DNA of 64,000 nucleotides. Origin: Chiloscyllium plagiosum (Eukaryota). Shown one piece after another: positions 1 through 11,149 of the stretch (its first letter is position 1; each line of letters starts with the position of its first letter). Below the pieces are notes generated by a model. It did not search any database. It saw only the letters and a list, made by a program, of their open reading frames with translations, and was not told the origin of the DNA. The translations under genes were made by a program, and so were the position numbers. Where the stretch lies: the NCBI RefSeq assembly GCF_004010195.1, contig NC_057718.1, positions 36,279,188-36,343,187 of the forward strand. Direction: 5' to 3'.

Positions 1-1
1 C

Positions 2-2636
2 TGCAAACATGTCACACCAATCACATTCGATTTAATTGACCACACTCCAATTTGGCAGAGACAATATTCACACAAACCAGAGGCTGAAGCCGGCATTGCC
101 GACACAATTGAAGGATTGTTAGCAGCAGGGGTGCTAGAACCCTCCCAGTCAGCCTGGAACACCCCTATCTTACCTGTAGAGAAGCAGAATACAGGCAGAT
201 ATAGGATGGCGCATGATCTTCAACGGATTAATAGTGTTGTTTCTACTCCAACAGTTCCAGTTCCAAACCCCTACACTGCGATGTCTGTGCTGACCCCTGA
301 CCATAAGTGGTTCTCGTGCATTGATGTGGCCAACGCGTTCTTCTGTTTGCCCTTAGCTGAACATCTGAGGGATATTTTTTCGTTTACCTACAAAGGTCAA
401 CAACTACGTTAGACAAGGGTCCCTCAAGGGTTTATTTTGTCACCTGGGGTGTTTAATCAGGTACTGAAACAGCAGCTGAAGGATCTGATGCTCCCAAAGG
501 GGGTGGTATTGATCCAGTATGTGGATGACATTCTTTTGGCAGCACCCGATCATGTTTCTTGTTTGGAAGCCACAAAGTCATTGCTGCTTCACCTGTATAG
601 TGTCAGTTTCAAAGTTTCATGGGCTAAATTGCAATGCTGCAGACAAACGGTGTCTTTTCTGGGTAGAATTATTTCCGCTAAGGGAACAGGTGTGTCTCCG
701 TCTCATAGATCCTCCATTCTGCATCATACCAAACCAGTCACTGTAAAAGACATGCTCTCCTTTCTTGGGTTGGCAGGATGTAGTAGACAATTCATTGCAT
801 CAAATGGGGAACTCACTTTCCCTCTCAGGGCCATGGTAAATGAACAAGGCATGAGAAATTTGTCGGCCCATTTGCAGTGGACCACGGAGGCAGACGAAAG
901 TTTCATATCTCTTAAACAGGCCCTAACGCGGGCTGCAGATTTAGCGATCCCTGATTACAAAGAGCCATTTTTCCTCGATATTTCTGAAAGGCAGGTGCTG
1001 ATGTATGTAAGTGTTACTCTTGACCCAGTAGAGGACAGACACCCGCCATGTACAGGACATGCAGCAGGGGTAGCAAAAATTCTCCAAAAGGTAGCACATA
1101 AAGTCATGGGCCATTCATTAACAGTACTGACGACACATAGTATAGTGGCCTATGTGAACTCAACAGCCTTTACAATGACGTCACTGCGGCAAATCAGGTT
1201 AGAGAAAATCTTGAATGCACCACATATAATTTTTATACATGAAGGAATTAACATGGCTGATAATATGGGAGAAGGAGAGCCACACATCTGTGAGGAAAGG
1301 GTACAGACAGATACCAAAGTTAGGGCAGATTTACAGGCAATTCCATTAGTAGACCCAGAAGAAGTGCTGTTCACAGATGGTTGCTGTTATAGACATCCAA
1401 AAGAAGGACTTAAAGCAGCCTATGCAGTGGTGCGACAGACAAGTGAGGGATTTGAGGAAGTGTTGACAGGAAAAGTGACAGGCAAAGAATCAGCCCAGTT
1501 GGCTGAACTACAGGCAATGATAGCTGCGTTAGAATGGTCAGAGGGAAAAAGAGTAAATATCTTCACCGATTCTGCATATGTGGCAGGTGCTATACAGGTA
1601 GAACTTAGTCAATGGATCAGGGCAGGATTCTTAACAGCAGCAAAAACCCCAATTAAACATGAAAAAGATATGAAAAGATTAGCGGAGGCCCTAATGAGAC
1701 CTGCAGAAGTGGCGGTGGTCAAGTGTAGAAGACATGATAAAGCAGATACAGTAGCAGAAAGCCTTTCCTCATGAACTGACAGTATGGAGAGAGAGAGGGG
1801 CCACAGAGTCAGAAGGGATTTGGAGGTCACCGGATGGTAGACCAGAGCTACCCCCAGGTTTGATAGCTTCTATGCTTCAGGAAACTCATGGGCTCACACA
1901 TTGTGGAAAAACACAGATGCAGAGGTATCTGACACATTGGTGGCATCCGTTCTTGCCAGCGATGATTGAAAATTATATCAGGGAATGTAGAACGTGTACA
2001 GAATACAACGTGAGACCAACAGTCAAACCATATGAGGGAAAATTCCCTCTTCCAAGAATGCCAGGTCAGGAAATAGTGATTGACTACACTGATATGATAG
2101 CGAGAGTAAATGGATACCGATACCTTTTGGTAGCAGTGGATGCATACACTGGTTGGCCAGAAGCAATACCTGCGAAAAAGGAAGATGCAAAGACAGTGAT
2201 CAAATTCTTGATAACCAATACATTCCAATGCATGGGTATCCAAAGAGAGTCAGGTCAGATAATGGCACACATTTTAAGAATAAAGACCTGCAAGAAGTTG
2301 AAGCAGCTTTAGAACTGAAACATGCGTTTGGAACAGTGTACCATCCTCAGTCACAGGGAAAAGTGGAAAGAATGAATCAGTCCATAAAAGGAAAACTAGG
2401 AAAAGTGTGTGCACAAAGTTAAGCTGGGTGGATGCCCTATCTTTAGCTTTAATGTCCATTAGAAGCTCAGTAAACTCTATCACAGGGTTCACTCCGTATG
2501 AGCTGACAACAGGGCAGCAGTTCCCGGGACCAGGAGCTGGAATACAGATTTTAGAGGGAGGAGGGGCCTCTCTAAGGTACAAACCTTACTATGACCAACT
2601 AACAGCTTTGGTGTCAGCTTTCTCCAAACAGGTTGG
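2..2636 (+). pseudogene. pol: Disrupted retroviral pol (RT, RNase H, integrase)
   Basis: RT: WNTPILPV, DVANAFF, VPQGF..SP, QYVDDILLA. RNase H: LFTDG, SAQLAEL, NIFTDSAY. Integrase: HGLTH..CRTC zinc finger, IDYTDM, SDNGTHF, YHPQSQGKVERMN. In-frame TAG at 410-412; frameshifts or deletions near 990, 1760, 2215 and 2415. Confidence 0.95.
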
Positions 2637-3054
2637 ATCGGAAAAGGGGGGAGTGTGCTATATGTTTGGAGATCAATGTTGTACGTTCATCCCCAACAAT
2701 ACGGCACCTGATGGTTCGGTCACCAGAGCCTTGAAAGGACTAAGAATCTTGTCTGAAGAAATGCATGAACATTCGGGTATTTACAACCCTCTAGGAGGAC
2801 TGTTCGACTCATGGTTTGGGAAATGGAAAGGATTAATTGTGTCTGTGTTTCTGTCCCTCGTGGGTATGATCATTGTGTTAGTGTTGTGTGGATGTTGTTG
2901 TATTCCCTGTATTAGATCTTTGTTAAACAGGGTAATTATTACAGCAATTGAAGGGAAGGCTCCCCCGTCCTACCAGATGTCACAGATGGAGACGGAAACT
3001 ATGGCTCTCGCAAGAAGGGAAGACTATGCATCGGAGAGCGAATGTGATGTATAG
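2637..3054 (+). pseudogene. env: Env transmembrane-subunit remnant (SU and most of the immunosuppressive domain deleted)
   Basis: SEKGGVCYMFGDQCCTFIPNNT (CX6CC), W-rich membrane-proximal region WFGKWK, hydrophobic anchor LIVSVFLSLVGMIIVLVLC, CGCCCIPC, cytoplasmic tail, stop at 3054. Confidence 0.9.
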
Positions 3055-3098
3055 AACTGGTTGGTTGGTCTCATTTTTATGAGACCAAAAGGGGGACT

Positions 3099-3716
3099 TG
3101 TAAATATATGGTTTACTTGAAAAAACAGAAGGCTGGCTGTGACTGTGGATGTATTCAGCATTCAGAAGCCTGTGGTGACGTTGTGTAACCCACGCAGGGG
3201 GCGGTCACGTGACGTCCCGTTTCCCGCCCCGGAAGATGGCGGGGCGTTCACGTGACGTCCCGTTTCGCGCCCCGGAAGAGTGCGGGGCGGTCACGTGACG
3301 TCCCGTTTCGCGCTTAGGAAGCGGGCCGAGGAGGTCACATGATGCTCCATTTCGCGGGCAAAAGAAGGTCACGTGGGGTCGGACATCCGGGAATGCGAGC
3401 AGGCGGGGAATGGAGTCAGATCAATACCCAATCAGAAGATAATTCTACCTCAGTGTTTATATGACGTTTTTTATTGTATAAAAGACTGGGGCAGGGACAG
3501 AACGAGGTCTTACTTTTTGAACTGGCACACTTTGTAGTTTGTCAGGGACAAAAAGGTTTAGACCCAGAGCTCTGAATGCCTTGTCCACTTACTGTTTAAA
3601 TTAAATTAAGAGTGTGAGACCGAATATCTTCTCCTATTGCTTCATTTAAAAGAACATGAAGGACCGGGCTCACACATAGAAGAAAGTAAGTTGGTAGATT
3701 GAGCCAAAGTCTAACA
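3099..3716 (+). mobile_element. 3' LTR of the ERV
   Basis: Starts TGT two bases after the PPT; candidate end CTAACA at 3711-3716. CCAAT near 3428, TATAAAA at 3477-3483, ATTAAA near 3600. The right boundary is inferred because the 5' LTR is not available for comparison. Confidence 0.75.
3197..3380 (+). promoter_or_regulatory. U3 tandem enhancer array, about 43-bp unit, 3 good and 2 degenerate copies
   Basis: TCACGTGAC at 3205, 3248 and 3291 (period 43); degenerate copies at 3335 and 3369. Unit approximately GGGGCGGTCACGTGACGTCCCGTTTCSCGCCCCGGAAG. Confidence 0.85.
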
Positions 3717-6700
3717 AAATATAGTCAGGATAAGCAAAACTCCAAACACCAAAAATCCAGATTTCAAGCTTGGGTTAAATTGTCTCACAAAATCCTGTTT
3801 CTGTTTAGCAGTAATGACACATTGTCATCTGGAAGGTGACAGTCTTTCTTCTATTCAATAGTTGATCAATGGGTTTTTTTTTTATTTTTTAGAATTCTTT
3901 CTTCTAAACTTCCTTGGTTTTTCTGTCTTTTTCCCATATGGAGTCAGAAAGAGAAGGAGCAGTTTATAGGTGTTAGATGCTTTTCTCTTTCTTCAGGCAT
4001 TTATAGCTTCTTTTTAACACTCAACCAACCAGAGGGCAGTCCTCAGGCAAAATTTCCTTTACACAAAAGACTCTTGGTGTTGCTTAGTCTCAAATATTCT
4101 CTCTCAGTGCTTCAAAAGCATCATCTTGCACAGATCAAAAATACACACTACTTGACTTTCAAGTTACAAAACTCTCCTGCAATACCATTTATATAGTAGT
4201 CCAACTTCAATTTCAGTTTGAAGTCCGAAACAAATATGGTCTCTTACAACAGGTTTTTTTTTCTCTTACTAAAAGGAGACTTTCCTAGTGACCATGGCAA
4301 AGGAACCATACAAGGTTTCACACTTTTATTGTAATAAACAAATTAAATCTCAACATCAACTGAGTACAACTCAGTTCGCAACAGATACACTAAACTCCAG
4401 AAAAGGTGACCCCGCCCCCCCACGTAAACCTCTGAACACAATTGAAAACTCAGTGCCACACTTACACATTACACTGCACTGTGAATGGAAATGAAGGCTT
4501 AAAGGTTGTAAAATTCTAAACAATATTGGCTATGATGAGAAATTTCAGAGAATCACGTGAGAAATCAAGCAGTCTTTTTTAAAAATTGTGAGCAACAAAT
4601 CATACTTTCCAACTAAGTTCCAGATACTGAGTCAAGATTCTCATGAGTGAGCAGGAAGACAGACGTCTCCTAATGGAGATAATTGCTCATTAACACCCTC
4701 ATTATTACTTAACCACATCTCATTAATATGCTTTTTCCTAGTCACCTGCTGGACAGAAACCAGATGCAGACAGTTTTTGAGATGAAGTTCAGAATGGGTA
4801 TCAGGTGATACCAGCCATCGGCTTGCTCCTCCAGATTTCAATGTTGGACACCCACCACAAAGATCTGATGGGATGCATTATGGGAAGCAGTTGTACACAC
4901 CCTACATCCATGAACATCGTCAACTAACAGGGGCCAGCACCTCAGCACCATCATGGTACATTTCTGATCCACTTACAATATACCCTTCCCCCTTTGATGC
5001 TGCACTTTGGAGTCCAGCAGCAACTAACATTGGAAGGCTGCTGCAAGGACACTTTATGCACATGGACAGGCACCCAACCCTCTTGACTGGACCAGGCTGC
5101 ACCTCAGGACTGCATACTTACTTTCTTAGCACTTAGTCACTTTGCGCATACATGGACACTCACAGCATCTCGGCCTTGTCTTGCCTTTTTATAGTTTGCC
5201 TGTTCAGTTGCAGTTTGAAGCCTCACAGTTGCTCTGTCCTGCCTTGCAGTTGAATGCAGAAACAAAGCCAACAGCTTGTCATGCTTGTCAGCAGTTATCA
5301 GTCACGGGCGTGGCTGTGTTGCTGGATGGCACAGCAATAAGTCAATCTCACACCAATCACATGTACCGGCAGCCTGTAGCAACTACTCTTTATTGTGCAT
5401 TAACCAAGTGGTCATGTCTCAAAGTCAGAGTGGAGCAGTTCTCAGTCAAGTCAAGGGGGTCAGTTAGTGGGTTCCTGGTGCAGTCGATCAAGTGCAGCAT
5501 CCCTGATCATTCCAGGGCTTTAGCAGAGCCAGTCATCTTCTTGAGGTTACCTGGGTCAGGGGTTTGCTGCATTAAATGTCTGGGGAATGGGCCGCATGCT
5601 CAATGTTTCAGGTCCAGTGTGCAAACAGTCAGGGGATTAGCAGATTGTTAGTCAGGAGAGGTTCACGGAGAGCACTCAGGGGACTGATCAGTTATCATTC
5701 TGGGCTGTCTATCCAATTTAGTCGGGGGATGAAACTCAGTCCCAAGGGTCAGTAGAATGATTATCGTGTAGGAGTGTAGGGAGACTGGGGACTGGAAGCA
5801 ACCATGTGGGATACACAGGGTACTAGGACAGTGAAGGGAGTAAATTCGCTAAATAGTGGGGGCCCTGGTAGTGCGTGGGTGGACATGGGATGTTGTGGGT
5901 GGTGGATGATAGGTTGTCACCATTAGCATGACCATGATGGGAAGGATTGTGCAATATGATGGTGGGCATGACCAAACTGTAGTGATAGAACTTGGGGGGC
6001 TCAGATGAAAGTTGGAGTCTTAGCTCAAGGTGGAGGGTGGGAACATATGGAGATTCGGCTGAAATGGACTATCCATGGTGTACCAGGCAGAAAGGGACAA
6101 AGAGGTTCAGGAGTAGAGACCTATCAAACTGGCTGAACCTGGTACTCATGGTGTCAAACACAACCTGTATTACCTTCCATAATTTGCCAAGTGATGAATG
6201 TGACCTATGAGTGGAGAATATCTGTGACTATACCTGGAGTATATGGAGTCACGGTCTGTTTACTCTGAAAAAATGTGTTCTACTTCTGAACAACAGGATG
6301 TCCTTCAAGGGGCATTTACATCAATCATGTTATTGCAGAGGGCAGGTTGAAACATTTACAATAATGTCATTCTGTGTGTCATTGCCCCCTTGATGTTGCA
6401 GACAGACATCTCTCCAAGGCACAGGCAACCTTAGAAGAGACACTTCTGGGTAATAGATGTAAGATCTCTAACCCCTGAGGTGCACAGGGGTATAGAGCAG
6501 ATTCAATCTGAACTGTAAATATCTTGCAAGACTCCAGGTCTTGTCTGCAAAGGTGCCTTCCATGCATGATGCGGGTCTGGGAAATAAGTTGTTCAGTATT
6601 CATGCAACATTTAGTGTCATAGAGAAGTACAGAAGGGAAACCGACCCAGCAGTCCAACTTGTCCATGCCATGATTCGGAGATGCCGGTGTTGGACTGGGG

Positions 6701-6760
6701 TGTACAAAGTTAAAAATCACACAACACCAGGTTATAGTCCAACAGGTTTAATTGGAAGCA

Positions 6761-6795
6761 CACTAGCTTTCGGAGAGACGCTCCTTCATCAGGTG
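6761..6795 (-). ncRNA. Minimal type I hammerhead ribozyme in PLE pLTR
   Basis: Minus strand: cac-CUGAUGA-a-ggag(cgucu)cucc-GAAA-gc-UA-gug. Catalytic core intact, stem II present, palindromic AGCU stem III. Confidence 0.75.
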
Positions 6796-6885
6796 ATAGT
6801 GGAGGGCTCGATCGTAACACAGAATTTATAGCAAAAATTTGCAGTGTGATGTAACTGAAATTATACATTGAAAAATTGATTGATT

Positions 6886-7616
6886 NNNNNNNNNNNNNNN
6901 NNNNNNNNNNNNNNNNNNNNNNNNNNNNNNNNNNNNNNNNNNNNNNNNNNNNNNNNNNNNNNNNNNNNNNNNNNNNNNNNNNNNNNNNNNNNNNNNNNNN
7001 NNNNNNNNNNNNNNNNNNNNNNNNNNNNNNNNNNNNNNNNNNNNNNNNNNNNNNNNNNNNNNNNNNNNNNNNNNNNNNNNNNNNNNNNNNNNNNNNNNNN
7101 NNNNNNNNNNNNNNNNNNNNNNNNNNNNNNNNNNNNNNNNNNNNNNNNNNNNNNNNNNNNNNNNNNNNNNNNNNNNNNNNNNNNNNNNNNNNNNNNNNNN
7201 NNNNNNNNNNNNNNNNNNNNNNNNNNNNNNNNNNNNNNNNNNNNNNNNNNNNNNNNNNNNNNNNNNNNNNNNNNNNNNNNNNNNNNNNNNNNNNNNNNNN
7301 NNNNNNNNNNNNNNNNNNNNNNNNNNNNNNNNNNNNNNNNNNNNNNNNNNNNNNNNNNNNNNNNNNNNNNNNNNNNNNNNNNNNNNNNNNNNNNNNNNNN
7401 NNNNNNNNNNNNNNNNNNNNNNNNNNNNNNNNNNNNNNNNNNNNNNNNNNNNNNNNNNNNNNNNNNNNNNNNNNNNNNNNNNNNNNNNNNNNNNNNNNNN
7501 NNNNNNNNNNNNNNNNNNNNNNNNNNNNNNNNNNNNNNNNNNNNNNNNNNNNNNNNNNNNNNNNNNNNNNNNNNNNNNNNNNNNNNNNNNNNNNNNNNNN
7601 NNNNNNNNNNNNNNNN
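6886..7616. other. Assembly gap (N run)
   Basis: Run of N. Confidence 1.
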
Positions 7617-10600
7617 TATGGAGTTGTCCTGAGAGCTGGGCAGTTGCTACGAACAATGATCTGTTTGAGGTTTGGCGGTTGTTTAAAGGCAAGTAGTGGA
7701 GGTATGGGGAAGGTCTTGGTGAGGTGCTCATCCTCATTGATAATGTGTTGCAGGTCACGAAGAACATGGCATAATTTTTCAGCCCCTGGGAAGCACAGAG
7801 ACTCTTTGACAGAACTGAAAGAGGAGGTGGCCATCCTTCCCCAGTGGTTATCAAGTTGACAGCCGCATTTAGCTTTTATCCAACTGGTTACTTCTAAAAA
7901 GCCACTGGGAATCTCTAAGGAAACTCACAATCATCTACCCACAAATGTATCGCCACTGTGACAGCTGCAAGTTGTGCCAGCTTACACTGATTTATCTCAT
8001 TTCTCCACAATGAGGTTAGAACTGTGACCCATGCAGTGGGATTCTGAACATAGCTGGCTTCCTCAGGGGCAGGATGTGAGAGGGTATACATACATCATAC
8101 TGAGTGCACCATACCATAACCGCATCTGAGTACATCATTCAAATAAGTGATGGTTGGCTCCACTTTGTTCAAGTTTGCACCCAATATCCTGGGAGCTATC
8201 ACGGTGCCTATAATGTTGAGAACTCCCATGTTCCTGCTATATGTGAGGATCCAAATGCCTTACAAGGATGGTTACTGCATGACAAGGGCTACACTCTTTG
8301 ACCATGGCCAGTGTCTCCGTCACTGCTGTTCACAACAGGGGCAGGTAAAGAAGGCATGTGATGCTGATAAACTGAGAGAGCAGGAGCAGTATTCTGATAT
8401 GGAGGAGCAGGAACATCACCTTATGCATGATACAGCATAGCAGTAATGGGTACTATAAACCAGACAAGACTTAATTGACTCAAGCTTCCATGAGCTGAGC
8501 TGATTGCATTGATTTCTCGTTGACTGTAAGATTCTTGGAGTTTGACGTGCAAGCAGCTTGTTTGTGTTCAAAGAGGAAAATGTCACTTCTTCTGCTTGCT
8601 TTTGTTTTCCCTAAGTAAAAATACACTTTTTGAGGTAAAAGAAGATTTCTCTGGATCTGCAGGTCCCATAGTGAATAATAATAAGATGCTGAGTTATAGT
8701 GGACATTGATGTCTTAGAGAGGGTTACAAGATGAGACGTAGCTAAGGACAACAAGCTGTGTAGCCCAGTGTTTAAACGTTGACTGCGGTTGGAATGTGCA
8801 GTTGTATGTGCAAGAAAGTGCTACCTCTGTGTTGTGAGAAGTTTTTTTTATGGCTACTGTGTTGCTTTGCTGAAGATGAAGGGCAGCTCTGGACTGCCAA
8901 TACTTGATCAAATGCACAATTAGGGTTCCAAGATAATGCCAGCACCAGGAGTGCTGGCATATCCCAGGGAACATTGATAAGAACTTCTAGCTGTGGTGAG
9001 TTCAAGAATCAAGTTAGTGTCAGCCTAGAGGGATGCCATAGGGCATGGTAGACAGCTAATGAGGAAACTTCGGAATGCTAATGTAAGAAAACTTGCTCAT
9101 CCTTGTAGAAAAAACTCCTCCCAGAAACTCAATGAAAATGCCAGCTTGCAAAAATGTAAGATTCAGCCCATCATCTTGTATCTAAAGTCTCAAACTCCTC
9201 CTGTCTCAATAGGATCTCTTTTCTCTGCCTCACCAGATTGAACTTTCAAGTGCCCTTTACTTAGTTTACCGAGCAGATTCATCTGGCGTTCCAGCAGCAA
9301 GGTGGCCTCTCATGATAACTTGGCCTTTAACTTTTCATGAACATTGTTTCTTCAAACTGGGAATCCATCCCCACCAGCAATCTGCTTGGTGGTTAACCAA
9401 AAAATTGTTGTTTTCTTCAATCTGATATAGCAGCATGCGTCATTGGTCTTTTTCCCCAAACCTCTTCCCTGCCTAACTAAGTCTGAGTGTCTGGGTCCCT
9501 TTGTTTTCAGGAAGGAAAACTAACAAATTACTCTCACCATGTTTTGGTCTGGGTCCGAGTCCCAAAGGCACCCAGATCACTTAGGCTTGTCTCTCATCAG
9601 GCATAATATGACATCACATGGACTTGTCTCTTGGTATATTTTGTATTTGATTGTTTTTTTCTTTAGACTATTGCATTTTATCTTGAAATAAACAATACAG
9701 TTGTAAAGATAGCTATCTTATGAAGTCCAGCATTTGTAGGAATATGTGAAAATGCCAGTTTGCAAAAATGGAAGACTTAGCCCATCATATTTATCTAAGG
9801 ACAAATGACCTTCTGGTCAATTTGGATCCATTAAATCCATAAAGATATCATGGTGATGAATGGTAACAATAATTATCTAATTCATCAAACATAGTTGGAA
9901 GTAACAGCAAGCACTAGTTCAAACACATACATTCAAACCAAAATGCTGAAATAAATCAATTACTTAACAACAGGTAGATCCAGGGAAGAGGTCTAAATAT
10001 AACAATAAACCTCAGGACATGAAAGTCAGTTAATAAAGCAAGATCCTGATTAAGCTAGTAATGGATTCCTTGACATATATGGGCCCATAAAGGAATTTTA
10101 ATCCATTCCTGATTGACGGTGCTCCAAGTCAACTTAGTGGAATGCCAATAATGCCCTCCTACATAAATAAGCCAAACCTGTATTAGTGAACCTAGAGGGA
10201 AAAGTGTGTTAATTTGTGCTGTTCAAGGAAAATCCAGGCTGCCAATGTTCAGGGCTAACCACTGCCACTTGGATCAGAACCGAAAAAAAACCTGAGATCC
10301 TCCAAAGTCCCTCAGCCACCTTCTCGGCTTGCCATGTTGTCAGCAGTCTTCTTTGGATGCCACTAAGTGGCCTCCTTGCTTCTAATCAGCATCCTACCCT
10401 GCCATCCAATTGTCATGTTTAAATAATTTTACAAAGAACACTTCCTGCAAGGCATTGCCATCCTCCGCAATTATCTTACCGAGCCTGACAGTTAAGAGCA
10501 GCCCTATAAACATTGCTAAATATCACACTGGACAATTCACCACTGTAAGAGGTAATTTGGAAACTGTCAAAATGAAAAATTAAAGTTGCTTTAACTACTG

Positions 10601-11149
10601 CATTATCTGAAGGAGAAATCTGGGTGGTTTTCAAAGCTTGTACATAATCAGTGTTCCAGGACTTTAATCTAACAAAATAGGCCAACCTTGTTTGTACCTC
10701 CACTTATGTAATATTGTTGCATCTGTACTACATTATCAAAATGATTGATTTTTGGCCATGTAATGCACTTCCCAACCCTGACTATCACTAGAGTTCTGAG
10801 TATGAAGCAGTGTCTGGCCCGATTACATGACACTTGACCAGATTAAACTTGTATTTAAACCCGCAACTATCACTAGTTCTAAATAATTTTAATCCAGCTG
10901 GTATCAGATCATCTTTTCGCAAATTGTAAAAGCTAACAGGAAAGCAAAGTATATTTATTGCTATCAATTTCTCTTGTGACATTGTCCTTTTGGCAAGAGT
11001 ATATCTTAATTGTTTGACATCTATATCATTGAATACTAACAAAAATATTATTATGTGCACAGTAGAGAAAAATATCTGTATGAAAATAAATATATGTGGG
11101 CACCGTGCTCTGTAATGTAATATTTAATAGGTCCTTGTTAGTAATGTTT

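Larger units (their letters stand above)
1..3716 (+). mobile_element. Endogenous retrovirus (class I, gamma/epsilon-like), 3' portion: pol, deleted env, PPT, 3' LTR; 5' part lies outside the window
   Basis: Domain order RT, RNase H, integrase, env TM, then polypurine tract AAAAGGGGGA (3087-3096) followed by TG...CA LTR. The YVDD RT motif and CX6CC TM motif are typical of class I retroviruses. Confidence 0.93.
6670..7797 (-). mobile_element. Penelope-like element (family A), 5'-truncated, spans an assembly gap
   Basis: Minus-strand ORF PGAEKLCHVLRDLQHII..PPLLAFKQPPNLKQIIVRS is typical of the PLE RT-to-EN linker. The 3' end shares the pseudo-LTR (pLTR) sequence seen at 17845-17926, 29790-29998 and 59680-59766. 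Confidence 0.85.
4700..9170. mobile_element. Degraded PIF/Harbinger transposon (nuclease remnant on +, possible Myb/SANT-like ORF remnant on -), interrupted by a CR1 tail and a PLE
   Basis: ORF 8104-8301 contains YPGSYHGAYNVENSHVP..GWLLHDKGY, matching the HARBI1-type PGS.HD and GWLLGD.GY motifs. GTAAGATTCAGCCC near 9156-9169 resembles a GGG-initiated TIR. The left boundary and Myb-like ORF are weakly supported. Confidence 0.5.

Noticed and set aside
3197..3380. Regularly spaced repeats resembling a CRISPR array
   Set aside because: Units are tandem with no unique spacers, lie inside a retroviral LTR, and there are no cas genes in a vertebrate-type context.
3717..4520. T-rich, possibly LTR-like sequence after the ERV, also 33433-33780 and 34110-34690
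   Set aside because: No termini, TSD or internal match could be established by eye.
5142..5651. 169-aa ORF
   Set aside because: No motifs, starts at TTG, and lies in a degraded transposon region.
6710..7859. Long ORFs of 250-374 aa here and at 26003-26932 and 53907-54945
   Set aside because: They are open only because they run through N gaps; the real parts are PLE fragments.
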